From Eledone cirrhosa (taxonomy: Eukaryota), in the NCBI GenBank assembly GCA_964016885.1, contig OZ024751.1, positions 3,534,001-3,598,000 of the forward strand: a stretch of 64,000 bases of DNA, given 5' to 3'. A program made the position numbers and the translations under genes. The notes under the pieces are model-generated. The model saw only the letters and a list, made by a program, of their open reading frames with translations, was not told where the DNA came from and searched no databases. Shown here piece by piece: positions 41,740 through 56,253 of this stretch (position 1 is the first letter of the stretch; each line of letters starts with the position of its first letter).

Positions 41740-42087
41740 TTAGACAGACTAAATAAAAATGGCGTAGACATACAATGTAACGGGAGGAAACAATACCACC
41801 ACTGACGATGTTGCAGATGTGCAACGAAAGAACTTTGATAAACTATATATATGTGTTTGTGTCTATATTGTATCTGTATTATTTTTGACTGTCGGTCAGT
41901 CAATGGCAACATTGAGGACCGAATAAATTAGATTACCGATATAAAAGACACAGAAGCGAAAAGCGAAAACCAACCAAACAGTGAGTGTGTTCTGTTATTA
42001 ATTCTGGCAATATTACACAAATATGACCCTCCCCAAGTATAACAATATTTGTTTCGACACACGATTTCATATAAAAACCTCGCAAGA

Positions 42088-42090
<3 letters not shown>
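41738..42090 (+). mobile_element. Solo pLTR of the Naiad-like PLE, with HHR at 41797-41840
   Basis: Near-identical to 60849-61092 and to the reverse complement of 57290-57620. Confidence 0.85.
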
Positions 42091-42172
<82 letters not shown>

Positions 42173-42189
42173 CATATATATATAAATAC

Positions 42190-42220
<31 letters not shown>

Positions 42221-42339
42221 CATATATACATATATATACACATAAGCACATATATATACACATATACATATATATATATATATAAACATATACATATATA
42301 TAAACATATATATATATAAACATATATATATATAAATTT

Positions 42340-44046
42340 AAAAATGTACATCCACATATGTATACTGAAATACTAGTATGCATATGAATACACACACGTA
42401 TACATATGTAGATGTACCAAGTTTTTCACTGGTCACTTTACTGTGAGTGTCCAGCTATTCTGTATGTAAACACACAGACAAACCGGTTTTTAGAGTCATA
42501 CTGGTTTTTGAGGAAACACCTTTCCTCTATTCTCCAGAAAGCCAGACAAGGAATATTGAACTAGTTTCGTTGTTGTTACAACTCATCAGCAATATTTACC
42601 TATCTTCCGGCCTTTCTGGAGAATCGTAAAAGCACATATCGCTATATGCTTTTTCTATGAAAATTAGTAGTGGGCAGACTAATTTGCATAGAGTGTGAGT
42701 ACGTACCGGTTCAACGGAGACGATAAAAACAAATAACGAAACGAAATTAAATTTCGTTTCGTTTGTAACTCACTTTTGTATGACTGACGCTTAAACAATT
42801 AAGTTAAAAATGTACATCCACATATGTATACTGAAATACTAGTATGCATATGAATACACACACGTATACATATGTAGATGTGCCAAGTTGTTCACTGGTC
42901 ACTTTACTGTGAGTGTCCAGCTATTCTGTATGTAAACACACAGACAAACCGGTTTTTAGAGTCATACTGGTTTTTGAGGAAACACCTTTCCTCTATTCTC
43001 CAGAAAGCCAGACAAGGAATATTGAACTAGTTTCGTTGTTGTTACAACTCATCAGCAATATTTACCTATCTTCCGGCCTTTCTGGAGAATCGTAAAAGCA
43101 CATATCGCTATATGCTTTTTCTATGAAAATTAGTAGTGGGCAGACTAATTTTCATAGAGTGTGAGTACGTACCGGTTCAACGGAGACGATAAAAACAAAT
43201 AACGAAACGAAATTAAATTTCGTTTCGTTTGTAACTCACTTTTGTATGACTGACGCTTAAACAATTAAGTTAAAAATGTACATCCACATATGTATACTGA
43301 AATACTAGTATGCATATGAATACACACACGTATACATATGTAGATGTACCAAGTTTTTCACTGGTCACTTTACTGTGAGTGTCCAGCTATTCTGTATGTA
43401 AACACACAGACAAACCGGTTTTTAGAGTCATACTGGTTTTTGAGGAAACACCTTTCCTCTATTCTCCAGAAAGCCAGACAAGGAATATTGAACTAGTTTC
43501 GTTGTTGTTACAACTCATCAGCAATATTTACCTATCTTCCGGCCTTTCTGGAGAATCGTAAAAGCACATATCGCTATATGCTTTTTCTATGAAAATTAGT
43601 AGTGGGCAGACTAATTTTCATAGAGTGTGAGTACGTACCGGTTCAACGGAGACGATAAAAACAAATAACGAAACGAAATTAAATTTCGTTTCGTTTGTAA
43701 CTCACTTTTGTATGACTGACGCTTAAACAATTAAGTTAAAAATGTACATCCACATATGTATACTGAAATACTAGTATGCATATGAATACACACACGTATA
43801 CATATGTAGATGTACCAAGTTTTTCACTGGTCACTTTACTGTGAGTGTCCAGCTATTCTGTATGTAAACACACAGACAAACCGGTTTTTAGAGTCATACT
43901 GGTTTTTGAGGAAACACCTTTCCTCTATTCTCCAGAAAGCCAGACAAGGAATATTGAACTAGTTTCGTTGTTGTTACAGCGTCAGTCATACAAAAGTGAG
44001 TTACAAACGAAACGAAATTTAATTTCGTTTCGTTATTTGTTTTTAT
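42340..44046 (-). mobile_element. Tandem array of a 466-bp non-coding unit (3.5 copies plus inverted tail), one HHR per unit: non-LTR retrozyme candidate
   Basis: Unit starts at 42340, 42806, 43272 and 43738; near-identical copies; HHRs at 42552-42596, 43018-43062 and 43484-43528; 43978-44046 inverted. Confidence 0.92.
42552..42596 (-). ncRNA. Type-I hammerhead ribozyme (repeated every 466 bp)
   Basis: aatattg-CTGATGA-gttgt aaca acaac-GAAA-ctag-TT-caatatt; predicted cut between 42559 and 42558. Confidence 0.9.
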
Positions 44047-44211
44047 ATATATAAACATATACATATATATATATATATATATACACATATATATATACAC
44101 ATATACTGTATATATTTATATATATATATACATATACATATTACATATATATATACACACACACATATATATACAAATATACACATACATATATATCCAC
44201 ACACATATATC

Positions 44212-44263
<52 letters not shown>

Positions 44264-44378
44264 CATACACAAACACACGCATATATATATATATATATTT
44301 ATATATATATGTATATATCTATATATATGTATATATACATATATATATACATATATATGTATATATCTGTATGTATAC

Positions 44379-44434
<56 letters not shown>

Positions 44435-45280
44435 ATGTATATATACTGTATAGAGATAGGTATGTATATAGGGGCCTCCCACTCCTGGTGGGATAACCAC
44501 GCATTTCCATGTATTTCCAAGTTCCCGCGCATATATACAAAACGTATATATACGCGGAAACATGGAAATACATGTATGTACATACACAAAACATCCATGG
44601 CGAATTAAAGAACTTACAATTTTGTATCTGGCCAAAAGATCTTCATTTGTATCTATTATAATAGATAATAAGGCGGCGTTTTGGCAAAGTCATTGGAACC
44701 ACGGGTAGAATGCTTAGCAGTCATCTTTCCGGCTTTCTGCTCTCTGGGTTCAAATCCGGCTGTGGTTAACTTTGCCTTACATATTAACATATCATTTGCG
44801 GTGGATGATGCTGAGTTGTGGTAATAGCGGGTGTGATAGGGGTGATGCTGGTGGCTGTGTTAGTGGTGGTAATGGTAGAGTGATGCTGGTGGTAGTAATG
44901 GTGTTGTTGTTGTTGATGGGCGGTAATAGTGATGATGGTGGTGGTAGTAATGATGTTGTTGTTGATTGTGATGATGATGATCATGTTGGTGAAAGTCGAT
45001 GATGGCGGTGGTGGTGGTGATGTTGTTGTTCAGAGGCGGTAATAGGGGTGATGGTAGTAATGATATTGTTGTTGAGTCGAGATAGTGGTCAACAACATAG
45101 TATTAAAACCAAGAATTCTGCGCCAGAAGATGACCACTCGATGTGTATTGTATCTCAGCTCTTTTAACAACAGTTATAACAACAACAACTGCAGCAATAA
45201 CAACAACTAGAGCAACAACTTCAAACATAATAACATCCTCAATATCACCACCACAACCTAGTAGCACAAGCTGCTACTAT

Positions 45281-45336
<56 letters not shown>

Positions 45337-46029
45337 TTACTACTACTACTGCTACTACTACTGCTACTACTACTGCGGTCGCTCATACTACTACTACACC
45401 AAATAACACTATACAAACGGCGCTCCCCCACCCCATATATCCACCTACTACCCTTTATTCTCCACCGCCACCCTCCGAGAACTCACACCAGATGTGGCAG
45501 GAAGCCTTCGCTATGGCCTTGATCTCAGCCTCCTCATCACTTTATGAGCTATCAGGTTACTGCAGACAACGACGGCTGGATAATGGAGATCGGATGGATT
45601 TCTTGGTGAGCGGGGGGTGTCTTTTGGGTAGTGAATGGATGGTGGTTGAGTGGTGGACCGTAGGTGGGTGGATGGCTGGATGGTGGTTGGATTTGGTGAG
45701 GATGGTGGATAGAGGGTAGATTGGGGTTGGGTAGGTGTTGGATAGTTGGTGAATAGGTGTGCAGTTGGGTGGTGGGCTTGGTGACGTGTGAGAGGTGGAA
45801 TCATGGTGGGCCAGGGATAGGTGAGGGATGGTGGCGAAAAGGTGTGGGGTACGTACAAAATAGATTCCACGCAGAACACCGAAGTTTAAGGTTCTCACAT
45901 ATTCCGTTGGTTCTCCAAGTGCTGGTCAGGGTATGTAGAAGAGAGAGAATGTGGGTGTGGGGAAGATATGAGAGGAGGAGGAGATAAAAAGAGCGGAAAC
46001 CAATGTGGTAGGAGGAAGGGCAAAGTGCA

Positions 46030-47330
<1,301 letters not shown>

Positions 47331-47433
47331 GACCAGTCATTTTGTTGTGGTTTATAACATCTCGTCCCCACCCAGTTTTGTCAGCATAAATAAATATTCC
47401 GTAAAGTTAAGCTCGAGCATACACACACACACA

Positions 47434-47464
<31 letters not shown>

Positions 47465-47859
47465 TTCGTTTAACGTCCATTTTCCACGCTAGCATGGGTT
47501 AGACGGGAGTTGTCCCAATTTGAGTCAAGGTTGGTCGGGTGACTGTGTCTCGCTCATATAAGACTATCTGGCAGGTTTTCTACGGCTGGATGCCCTTCCT
47601 AACACCAACCACATTTACAGTGTGGAACTGGGAACTTTTTACCGTGTTACCTACACGGCCACATTACAGCGTGGACTGTGTTTTTTCTCGTGACACCTAC
47701 ACAATCTCGATCTCATTATCTCATTTATTTGGACTGGATGTTGTGGTACCAACTTTACAGAGAGAGGGTGGTGTTGGTGGGAGTGGGAGGATAGGGTAGG
47801 GGTAGTGATATATATATACACATATATATGCATATATATATATATACATATATATATGC

Positions 47860-47940
<81 letters not shown>

Positions 47941-47995
47941 TTGGGGAGGGTCATATTTGTGTAATATTGCCAGAATTAATATATATATATATATA

Positions 47996-48369
47996 TACAA
48001 TATTAAGTAAATGGAAACTATATTTATAAAACCATATTTATTTCATTATATATATTTCGGGGATATCATATTAACAATATGCTATACCCTCCTCAGACAA
48101 AATACAATATAAACAGTTTTATAAATAAATAGATTCGACATACCGTTATAACACCGACTTCCATTTGAAGAGGTTTAAGCTGGCAGTTAAACCTCTTCAA
48201 ATGGAAGTCGGTGTTATAACGGTATGTCGAATCTATTTATCTATAAAACTGTTTATATTGTATTTTGTCTGAGGAGGGCATAGCATATTGTTAATATGAT
48301 ATCCCCGAAATATATATAATGAAATAAATATGGTTTTATAAATATAGTTTCCATTTACTTAATATTGTA
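47996..48369. repeat. Fold-back pLTR palindrome (~183-bp arms) with HHRs at ~48040-48104 minus and 48261-48326 plus
   Basis: tattttgt-CTGAGGA-ggg...cccc-GAAA-tatata-TA-atgaaata; arms almost identical. Confidence 0.88.
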
Positions 48370-48454
48370 AATATACTCCAAATATTTGTCGAGTGCTTTT
48401 ATATCAGTTATAAATATTTACTAGTTGTAACCCAACAATTTTAAATATAACTTT

Positions 48455-48504
<50 letters not shown>

Positions 48505-48507
48505 TTA

Positions 48508-48995
48508 TCTATAAAAGGCAGATTGTTGTTGTTGTGTGTGTGTGTGTGTGTGTGTGTGTGCATGTTCCATGTTTATACATTTTCCGAATTTCAAACTGAT
48601 TCGACTCAACGTCTGTAAGAATGTTGTAAATGCTCTAGCTTGGGTCGTCGACTATTTATTTCATTCAAACTCACCCACAATTACGGAAATAATCGATAAA
48701 ACTAAATTCATGACGCTTTACCCCTCTAATACAATCAGATTACTCTCTCTACTCCAGAACAACTCCATCGCAGCTCTGTTGTTCGGCTGGCATCGTCTAC
48801 GCGCGTGTTGCGCAAGTACTGTGAAACAATAAATTTCAACACTTCTTTGCACAGAGATAATATCCATAGGCGAAACTACAATTGTCACTGCTGGCGCAGC
48901 TCCTGCTTCGGCAGTCCAGGTCTACCATAAAATGAGTGGTGCAACCTAACTGTGGTAACTTACTGACCCCGAGCAACGCCCGGCTTTAATGCTAG
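48508..48995 (+). mobile_element. Mini-Helitron, deletion derivative of the adjacent element
   Basis: A|TCTATAAAAG start; 5' part matches 48999-49230; 3' part matches 54880-55160; hairpin plus CTAG|T. Confidence 0.88.
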
Positions 48996-48998
48996 TTA

Positions 48999-51900
48999 TC
49001 TATAAAAGACAGATTGTTGTTTTGTGTGTATGTGTGCATGTTCCATGTTTATACATTTTCACAATTTCAAACCGATTCGATTCAAAGTCTGTAAGAATGT
49101 TGTAAATGGCCTTACTTAGATCAACGACTATTTATTTATTTCAAACTCACCCACAATTACGGAAATAATCGATAAAACTAAATACATGATGCTTTACTCC
49201 TCTAATACAATATGATTTCCTCTCTCTCTTATCCCCTTAAAAATCGAAAAAAAAAAATACATGCTGCGACCTTCTCTTATATACGCTTAAAATCTTTTTT
49301 GAAAACATCTATCATTCAACTCACACACAATTATATTTTGTGTATAACATATTTACACGTTTATTGAGTGGAAAAAAACCACATAGGGATTTTTGGCCAA
49401 ACAACTTCAAATTGCTGACAGAAGCACGCTTTCAACAAACTGTGAGTTATTTATTTGCCGTTCGTTCTCCCATTTTTTCCCCTGCGGAACGCCGACAGTT
49501 TTCAGCCTTATACTTTCAAAGGCAATTTTGCTGTAGAAGTAACTTTCACCCTTTCTTTTTCACATAAAATGCCACCTAAAAAGCGAAGTCGCCTCGGTTG
49601 CCATACCGCGTCAGCGGCGGCGCAGAGGGCGATTACAGCAAACGAGTCCCCCGAGGAAACTGCTTTAAGACTTTCACAGAGCGCCTTACGTTCAGCGAAA
49701 TGCAGAGCTGCTGAAAGTTTTCAACAACGCACCGCACGCCTAGCCAAGATGGCTTCATACGACGCCTCGAGACCTGCTGCGATGTGCGATTCAGAGTGGG
49801 CGATACGTCATTTAAAAAAAACGCTTCTACTGCTGCTTCCAGGGCTTCAGAGGGCCCGGAATAAAGGTCGACTCGCCTGGCTAGAAACGCTGCTGCTACT
49901 GCTGCTTCCAGGGCTTCAAAGGACCCGCAAAAATGGTCGACTCGCCTGAATAGAAACGCTGCTGCTACTGCTGTTTCCAGGGCTTCAGAGGGCCCGGAAC
50001 AAAGGGCGGCTTGACTGACTAGAAACGCTGCGGCTACTGCTGCTTCCAGGGCTTCGGAAGGTTTGGAACGGCGGACGAATCGCCTTGCTAGGAACGCTGC
50101 GGCTATGACTGCTTCCATGGCTTCTGAAGATGCAGACGGGTGCTACATTAGGTTTGCAAGGGTGGCTTCTGCTACTGCTGCGAGAGCTTCCCACGACCCA
50201 CAGGAGCAATATTCTACGTTGGAACGGAACAGTCGACGACAAGAAGCTGCCCGCGGTGTGACGAGCCCCCACAGCCCATACTGGCACCTACGGGCTTTCA
50301 AGTATGAGCCCAACGTTAACTACTCGATGCGTGCCGACATAAATATAGGGGAAATACGCTTCAATTGCAAATTCTGCAATGCTAAAAAGTGGGCTGGGGA
50401 GCCACCTGCAATGTGCTGCTTAAACGGTAAGGTCAGCTTTCCCCCTCTTGGGGAACCGCCAGAGCCTTTGAAGGAACTACTTACTGGTTCTACCTCAAGG
50501 TCATCCAAATTCCTTCAACTCATCAGGAAGTACAATTGTGCGTTTCAAATGACTTCTTTCGGGGCTAACGTTGTCAGAGAAAGTGGTTGGATGCCTACTT
50601 TCAAGGTCCAGGGGCAGGTGTACCATCTTATTGGGTCGCTCCAGCCACTACAAAATTGCAAGCCTTCGTTCCTTCAAATTTACTTCATTTCTAACTACAG
50701 TAGGCAAATTGATGCGCGGTTCGGCGTTATTCCAACACCTGCAAACACTGACGCTGACACTTTTGAAAGGGACGTGCTGCTCAGTCTTCAAAACATGCTT
50801 CATGAGCACAACAGTTATATTCGCAGTTTCAAATACGCATTGGAAACAAACCCTTCACCAAACTTTACCATTGTCATCGATGCTGACAAAAGACCTTCTG
50901 GGGAGCACGCACGCCGTTATAACGCTCCTTCGTGCGATGAAGTGGCCGTAGTTATCCATGGTGACCAACACAATAAGCGAGACACAGTTCTTCAAAGTCG
51001 TGACAGTGGTCTTCGACGTATTAATGAGACGCATCGTTCATACGACGCCCTGCAGTACCCCCTTCTTTTTGCATACGGAGAAGACGGGTACCATTTCGGC
51101 ATTCCTCAGTGCAAACCAAACGAGCCCACTGCTGCGACATCTAAAACTGTTTCATGTATGGCTTTATACTTATACCGCTTCATGACGAGGCCTAACGATT
51201 TCAGCACACTGCACAGGTCACGGGAACTGTTTCACCAGTTTGCAGTTGACATGGCTGCAAAGATGGAGTCGGAGAGACTGTGCTTCATAAAATTGAATCA
51301 GAAGCAGCTGCGCTCAGACTCCTACATCCATTTGCGTGACGGCATCAGGAATGACACTGACCCCCGGAACATCGGCAAAATGTGCATTCTCCCCTCAACC
51401 TCTACGGGGGGGGGGAGGTACATGCACGAGCGAACACAGGACGCTATGACGTTCGTTCGGCATTATGGGCGCCCCGATTTATTCATCACGTTTACGTGTA
51501 ACCCCAAGTGGGTTAAAGTTACGCGGGAACTTATCCCAGGGCAGCAGTACTGCCACCGGCATGATATTATTGCCAGGGTTTTCAGGCAGAAGCTGCCTAA
51601 GCTAATTGATCTAATAAAAAAGGGAAGGTTTTCGGGCCTGTTAGGTGCCACATGTATACTGTTGAGTGGCAGAAGAGAGGGTTGCCACACGCCCACATTT
51701 TGGTTTGGTTGGTCACCAAAATAGACCCTACAATTCTAGATGACGTCATCGCAGCGGAAATACCAGACCCCGTTGTTGACCGGCAGCTGTACGACATTAT
51801 GAAGGCACACATGGTGCACGGTCCGTGCGGTCCCGGTTTTCAAGAGTTCTCCTCATGCCACAAGAACCATGTGTGCACTAAACGATACCCAAAGAGGTTT

Positions 51901-54900
51901 TTTGAGGAGACGCAGACCGGCGGCGACGGATACTCACTGTACAGACAAAGGCGGCCTCAGAACGGTTAATTCACTATGACGTTACTGGGTCATCAAGTTG
52001 ATAATAGGTGGGTGGTCCCGTACTGTCCATTTCTGATGAAAACTTTCAACGCTCATATAAATGTGGAGTTCTGTCATTCAGTGAAGTCGATAAAGTACAT
52101 ATGTAAATATGTTAACAAGGGCTCCGACGCTGCCATGTTCGGCCTTCAAACAATAGCAGGGACGAGGTCTCAGTGTACTCGGCAGGTCGATATATCAGGT
52201 CGATATATCAGCAGTGGTGAAGCTTTTTGGCGGATATTCGGGTTTCCACTTCACCAAAGACACCCCGCCATCATACAACTAGCGGTTTATTTGGAAAACG
52301 GCCAACGGGCTTACTTTACTCAACAGACTGCTGCTCATTTGGCGGCCAATCCACTACTATGTGTGGTCAAACAACACTTGGGTGCGTAGGAAGTCAGATC
52401 AGGATGTTGAAGGACATCCTGGTGTCAAGTTTGACAGTTGTCTAGGAAGAGTGTACACTGTACCTCCCAACCAGCATGAGTGTTTTCACCTGCGCCTTCT
52501 CCTCCATGAGGTTTTTGCCCACAAAGCTTTCGAGACATAAGAACTGTTGACGGTGAATTATGTGATACTTTCCGGGAAGCCTGCTTTAGGCGTGGCCTTT
52601 GGAGGATGATTCACAATGGGGCGCCACTATGGCAGAGGGCGTTTTGTTGAAATCTCCTAAAAGAGTAAGATCGCTTTTCGCTATTCTACTCCTATGGGGC
52701 GACTTGGGTGATCCGGCCTCTTTATGGCTTAGCTACAAAGATTACATGTCTGAAGATTTCCTGCGTCACGCTCAGTTGCTAAACCCATCGATAGAGGTCG
52801 GGTACAGTGACCTCATTTACAACAGGGCGCTGCTCGAAATCGAAGATACTGTTCTCGATATGGGCGGTAGTGCGTTGGCGGTGTATGACCTACCTTCAAC
52901 AAACTGGGAAGGCGCAAACACTCTGTCTTCGGATTTGCTGCGTGAGACGTCTTATAATGTTGACGAGCTTGGCCAGTACATAGCGGAGAATGAGCCAAAG
53001 CTCCTTCCAGAACAGAAATTCGCTTACAACTCCGTTGTTAATTGTGTCCGGGGAAAAGCTGGGGGGATTTTTTTCCTGGACGCTCCTGGGGGAGTGGGAA
53101 AAATTTTGTCACCAAATTAATATTAGCTGAGATTAGGTGAATAGAAGGCATTGCCTTAGCTGTGGCATCATCTGGAATTGCGGCTACTTTGTTGCCGGGC
53201 GGCAGGACAGCTCACTCCTATTTCAAGCTCCCGCTTGACTTAGCGAAGACTGAGACACCCACTTGCAACATCAGACAGAAGTGTTCAGAGGATGCAAGCT
53301 TATCGTTTGGGACGAATGCACGATGGCCCACAGAGGTGCTCTTGAGGCGCTAGATAGAACTCTGAGAGACATCAAAGACTCTACGGCTCCCATGGGAGGC
53401 ATAACACTTCTTCTTTCAGGAGACTTCAGGCAAACGCTTCCCGTTATTCCCAAGGGGACTAGAGCTGATGCAGTACGTGCGTGTCTTAAGTCATCCGCAT
53501 TATGGCCCCTGGTGAAGACTCTGAAACTTCACACTAACATGCGTGCTCATGTGCGAGGTGATATCGCATCAGCAGCATTTTCTCACACCCTCCTTGCACT
53601 TGGTGAAGGCAAAATGCCCGAGGATGAAAAGGGTAATATTGCCATCGACTCACTTTGTACCGTTGTTAGTACGCCTTCTGATCTCAGGTATGCAGTGTTC
53701 CCAGATCTCCAAGCAAATTATCAGAATATGGATTGGCTTGCCCAAAGGGCTATTCTGGCCCCGAGGAATAAAACTATTAACCACATTAATGATCAAATGC
53801 TAAAACTCATCCTGGGGATGGCTACGTATATAAGTCTATCAATAGAACTCCTGACCCCGAGGATGTCATCAACTATCCAATAGAGGTACTAAATTCCTTT
53901 GAGCTCCCCGGATTACCCCCACACATTTTGAAACTTAAAGTTGGTGCCCCTATAATGCTCATTCGAAATTTGGTTCCGCTGAAACAATGCACACGTTTGG
54001 TCGTTAAGTCCTTAGCTCCCAATCTGATTGAGGCCACGATAATCACAGGGTGCGGTCGGGGCAAGGTTGTGCTCATACGGAGGATGCATCTTTTGCCATC
54101 AGGAGCAGACCTACCTTTTACATTTCGGAGGTCCCAGTTCCCGGTCAGACCATGCTTCGCAATGTCAATTAACAAAGAGCAGGGGCAAACACTGTCTGTC
54201 GCGGGAATACATTTGGGGGAGCCGTGTTTCTCTCATGGTCAGCTTTACGTTGGCTGCTCGCGTGTCGGCAGCAAGAGTGATGATTTCGCGTTCGTTCCTC
54301 AAGGAAAAACAAAAAACATTGTGTACAAGGAGGTTTTATAGGATTACCTCGATTCCTAATTTTATAACTTTTTTATTTTTTTATTATTTGCATTTTCGTG
54401 AATACTTTCTAAGTAGGTTAACCTTCACTGCAGTGCACTGGACACTCCCCACCATCAGCCGTACAAAGGCTGATTATCGCGGCGTTACAAAGCTTCATTG
54501 CAACTCCGACCCTACTCAAATATCAGCTGTTGCTTCTCACCAACCCCCGTTTGTTGGGCCTCGGAGGACCGTGCACAGGTTAGTATTTCACCTCCATACG
54601 ACTCTCAAAGGGTGAACAATGCTTTAATGGCGGGATTTACATTTTTAGGCGGTTCCCTGCAATTACTTTACACTTCACCAACACCTGACCTCCGCTCAGC
54701 TCTATTTCCCTCCCTCTGTCGGCACAGCAGCAGGCACATCTTCTACGTCCGACGTACATGATGCACCAACCATACAATAACCCCTCCGCCTCTTTTTTGG
54801 TTGTCATAATTCGACAATGTTTTCAGGCCCCTGTTTGCGGTTCCCTCAATCCACCCCTCCCCCGTTAAAACATGTCATGCAGAACAACTCCATAGCAGCT

Positions 54901-55160
54901 CTGTTGTTCGGCTGGCATCGTCTACGCGCGTGTTGCGCAAGTACTGTGAAACAATAAATTTCAACACTTCTTTGCACAGAGATAATATCAATAGGCGAAA
55001 CTACAATTGTCACTGCTGGCGCAGCTCCTGCTTCGGCAGTCCAGGTTTGCAATTCACTCAACTAGTGCCTGGCAGACAAAAAAGTGCTGCCATAAAATGG
55101 GTGGTACAACCTAACTTTGGTAACTTACTGACCCTTAGCAACGCCGGACTTTAATGCTAG
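48999..55160 (+). mobile_element. Autonomous-type Helitron (Rep-HUH + Pif1 helicase), pseudogenised
   Basis: TC 5' end and CTAG|T 3' end; Rep motifs FITFTCNP, EWQKRGLPHAHIL, KYICKYVNKG; helicase DAPGGVGK, IVWDEC, GDFRQ, SINKEQGQT. Confidence 0.95.
49569..54341 (+). pseudogene. Helitron RepHel ORF with multiple frameshifts and stops
   Basis: Pieces 50063-51724, 51652-51969, 51976-52389, 52599-53120, 53263-53883, 53928-54341; MPPKKRSR start at 49569. Confidence 0.88.
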
Positions 55161-55527
55161 TATATATATATATATATATATATATATCACTATGGCTAAC
55201 AACGACACGTGCTTTCCACTTTTCAGCATTTCTACCTTCTTTTCGTTTTATTTCTTTTCTTACTCACATCTATTCTTATATTGCTTCTTCCTCTTCTCTC
55301 TCTCCCACTCTCTCTTTTTCTCTCTCTCATGCTATCTTCCGATGAAGCGTTAGCGTCCGAAACGTTAACACTATTTTCAAACTGCATCAGTCGTTAAACT
55401 AATAAGCCATCTTTGTATTACATTGTAACCCGTTGTTAAGTTCCTTTTCGATTTTACATATATATGAACATAAATAAATAAATATAACATACACACACAC
55501 ACACGCAGACACACACACACACACGCA

Positions 55528-55561
<34 letters not shown>

Positions 55562-55581
55562 GACACACACACACACACGCA

Positions 55582-55655
<74 letters not shown>

Positions 55656-55656
55656 T

Positions 55657-55742
<86 letters not shown>

Positions 55743-56253
55743 ATGTGTGTGTGTGTGTGTGTGTGTGTATTTTGTTTTTGAATTTGGTTTGCAAGATTTC
55801 TTATCTGAAAACGTGTGTTCAAAAAGATATTGTTATACTTTGAGAGGGTCATGCTGCCAATAAAAACAGACGCACTTGTAGGTTTTCACCCTCAATTTAT
55901 AATAAATTTCCGGTTGGCTAGTTGGTTCGATAACCGGATGGTTGTTTATATAGTATCAAAGCTCTTTCGTCACACATTCTGTATTTTCCTTAGTGACTAG
56001 GTTTTTATTTGTTCTGTCCTACAATATCTTGTTTTTGTGTGTTGTGTGCTGTGTACTTGTCTGCGCATGCATTGCATCCTGTTGTATGTGTTTATTTATT
56101 TATTTATTTATGTGTTTATTTACTTGTCACTAGTTGGCTGCTTATTCTATCTATATAACCATACTCTACTACCCCAGGTGTCGTGTACTCTGTTGAGTAA
56201 TGGTCTAACCAGTTTCAAACTGCATTCGTCCTCCCTGATATATATATATATAT

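Noticed and set aside
42340-44046. CRISPR array or simple satellite
   Set aside because: No unique spacers and eukaryotic context; a dispersed copy and conserved ribozyme argue against a plain satellite
42447-44054. Repeated 60-aa ORF MSSYSVCKHTDK...
   Set aside because: GTG start, antisense to the ribozyme strand, no recognisable domain; a by-product of the repeat
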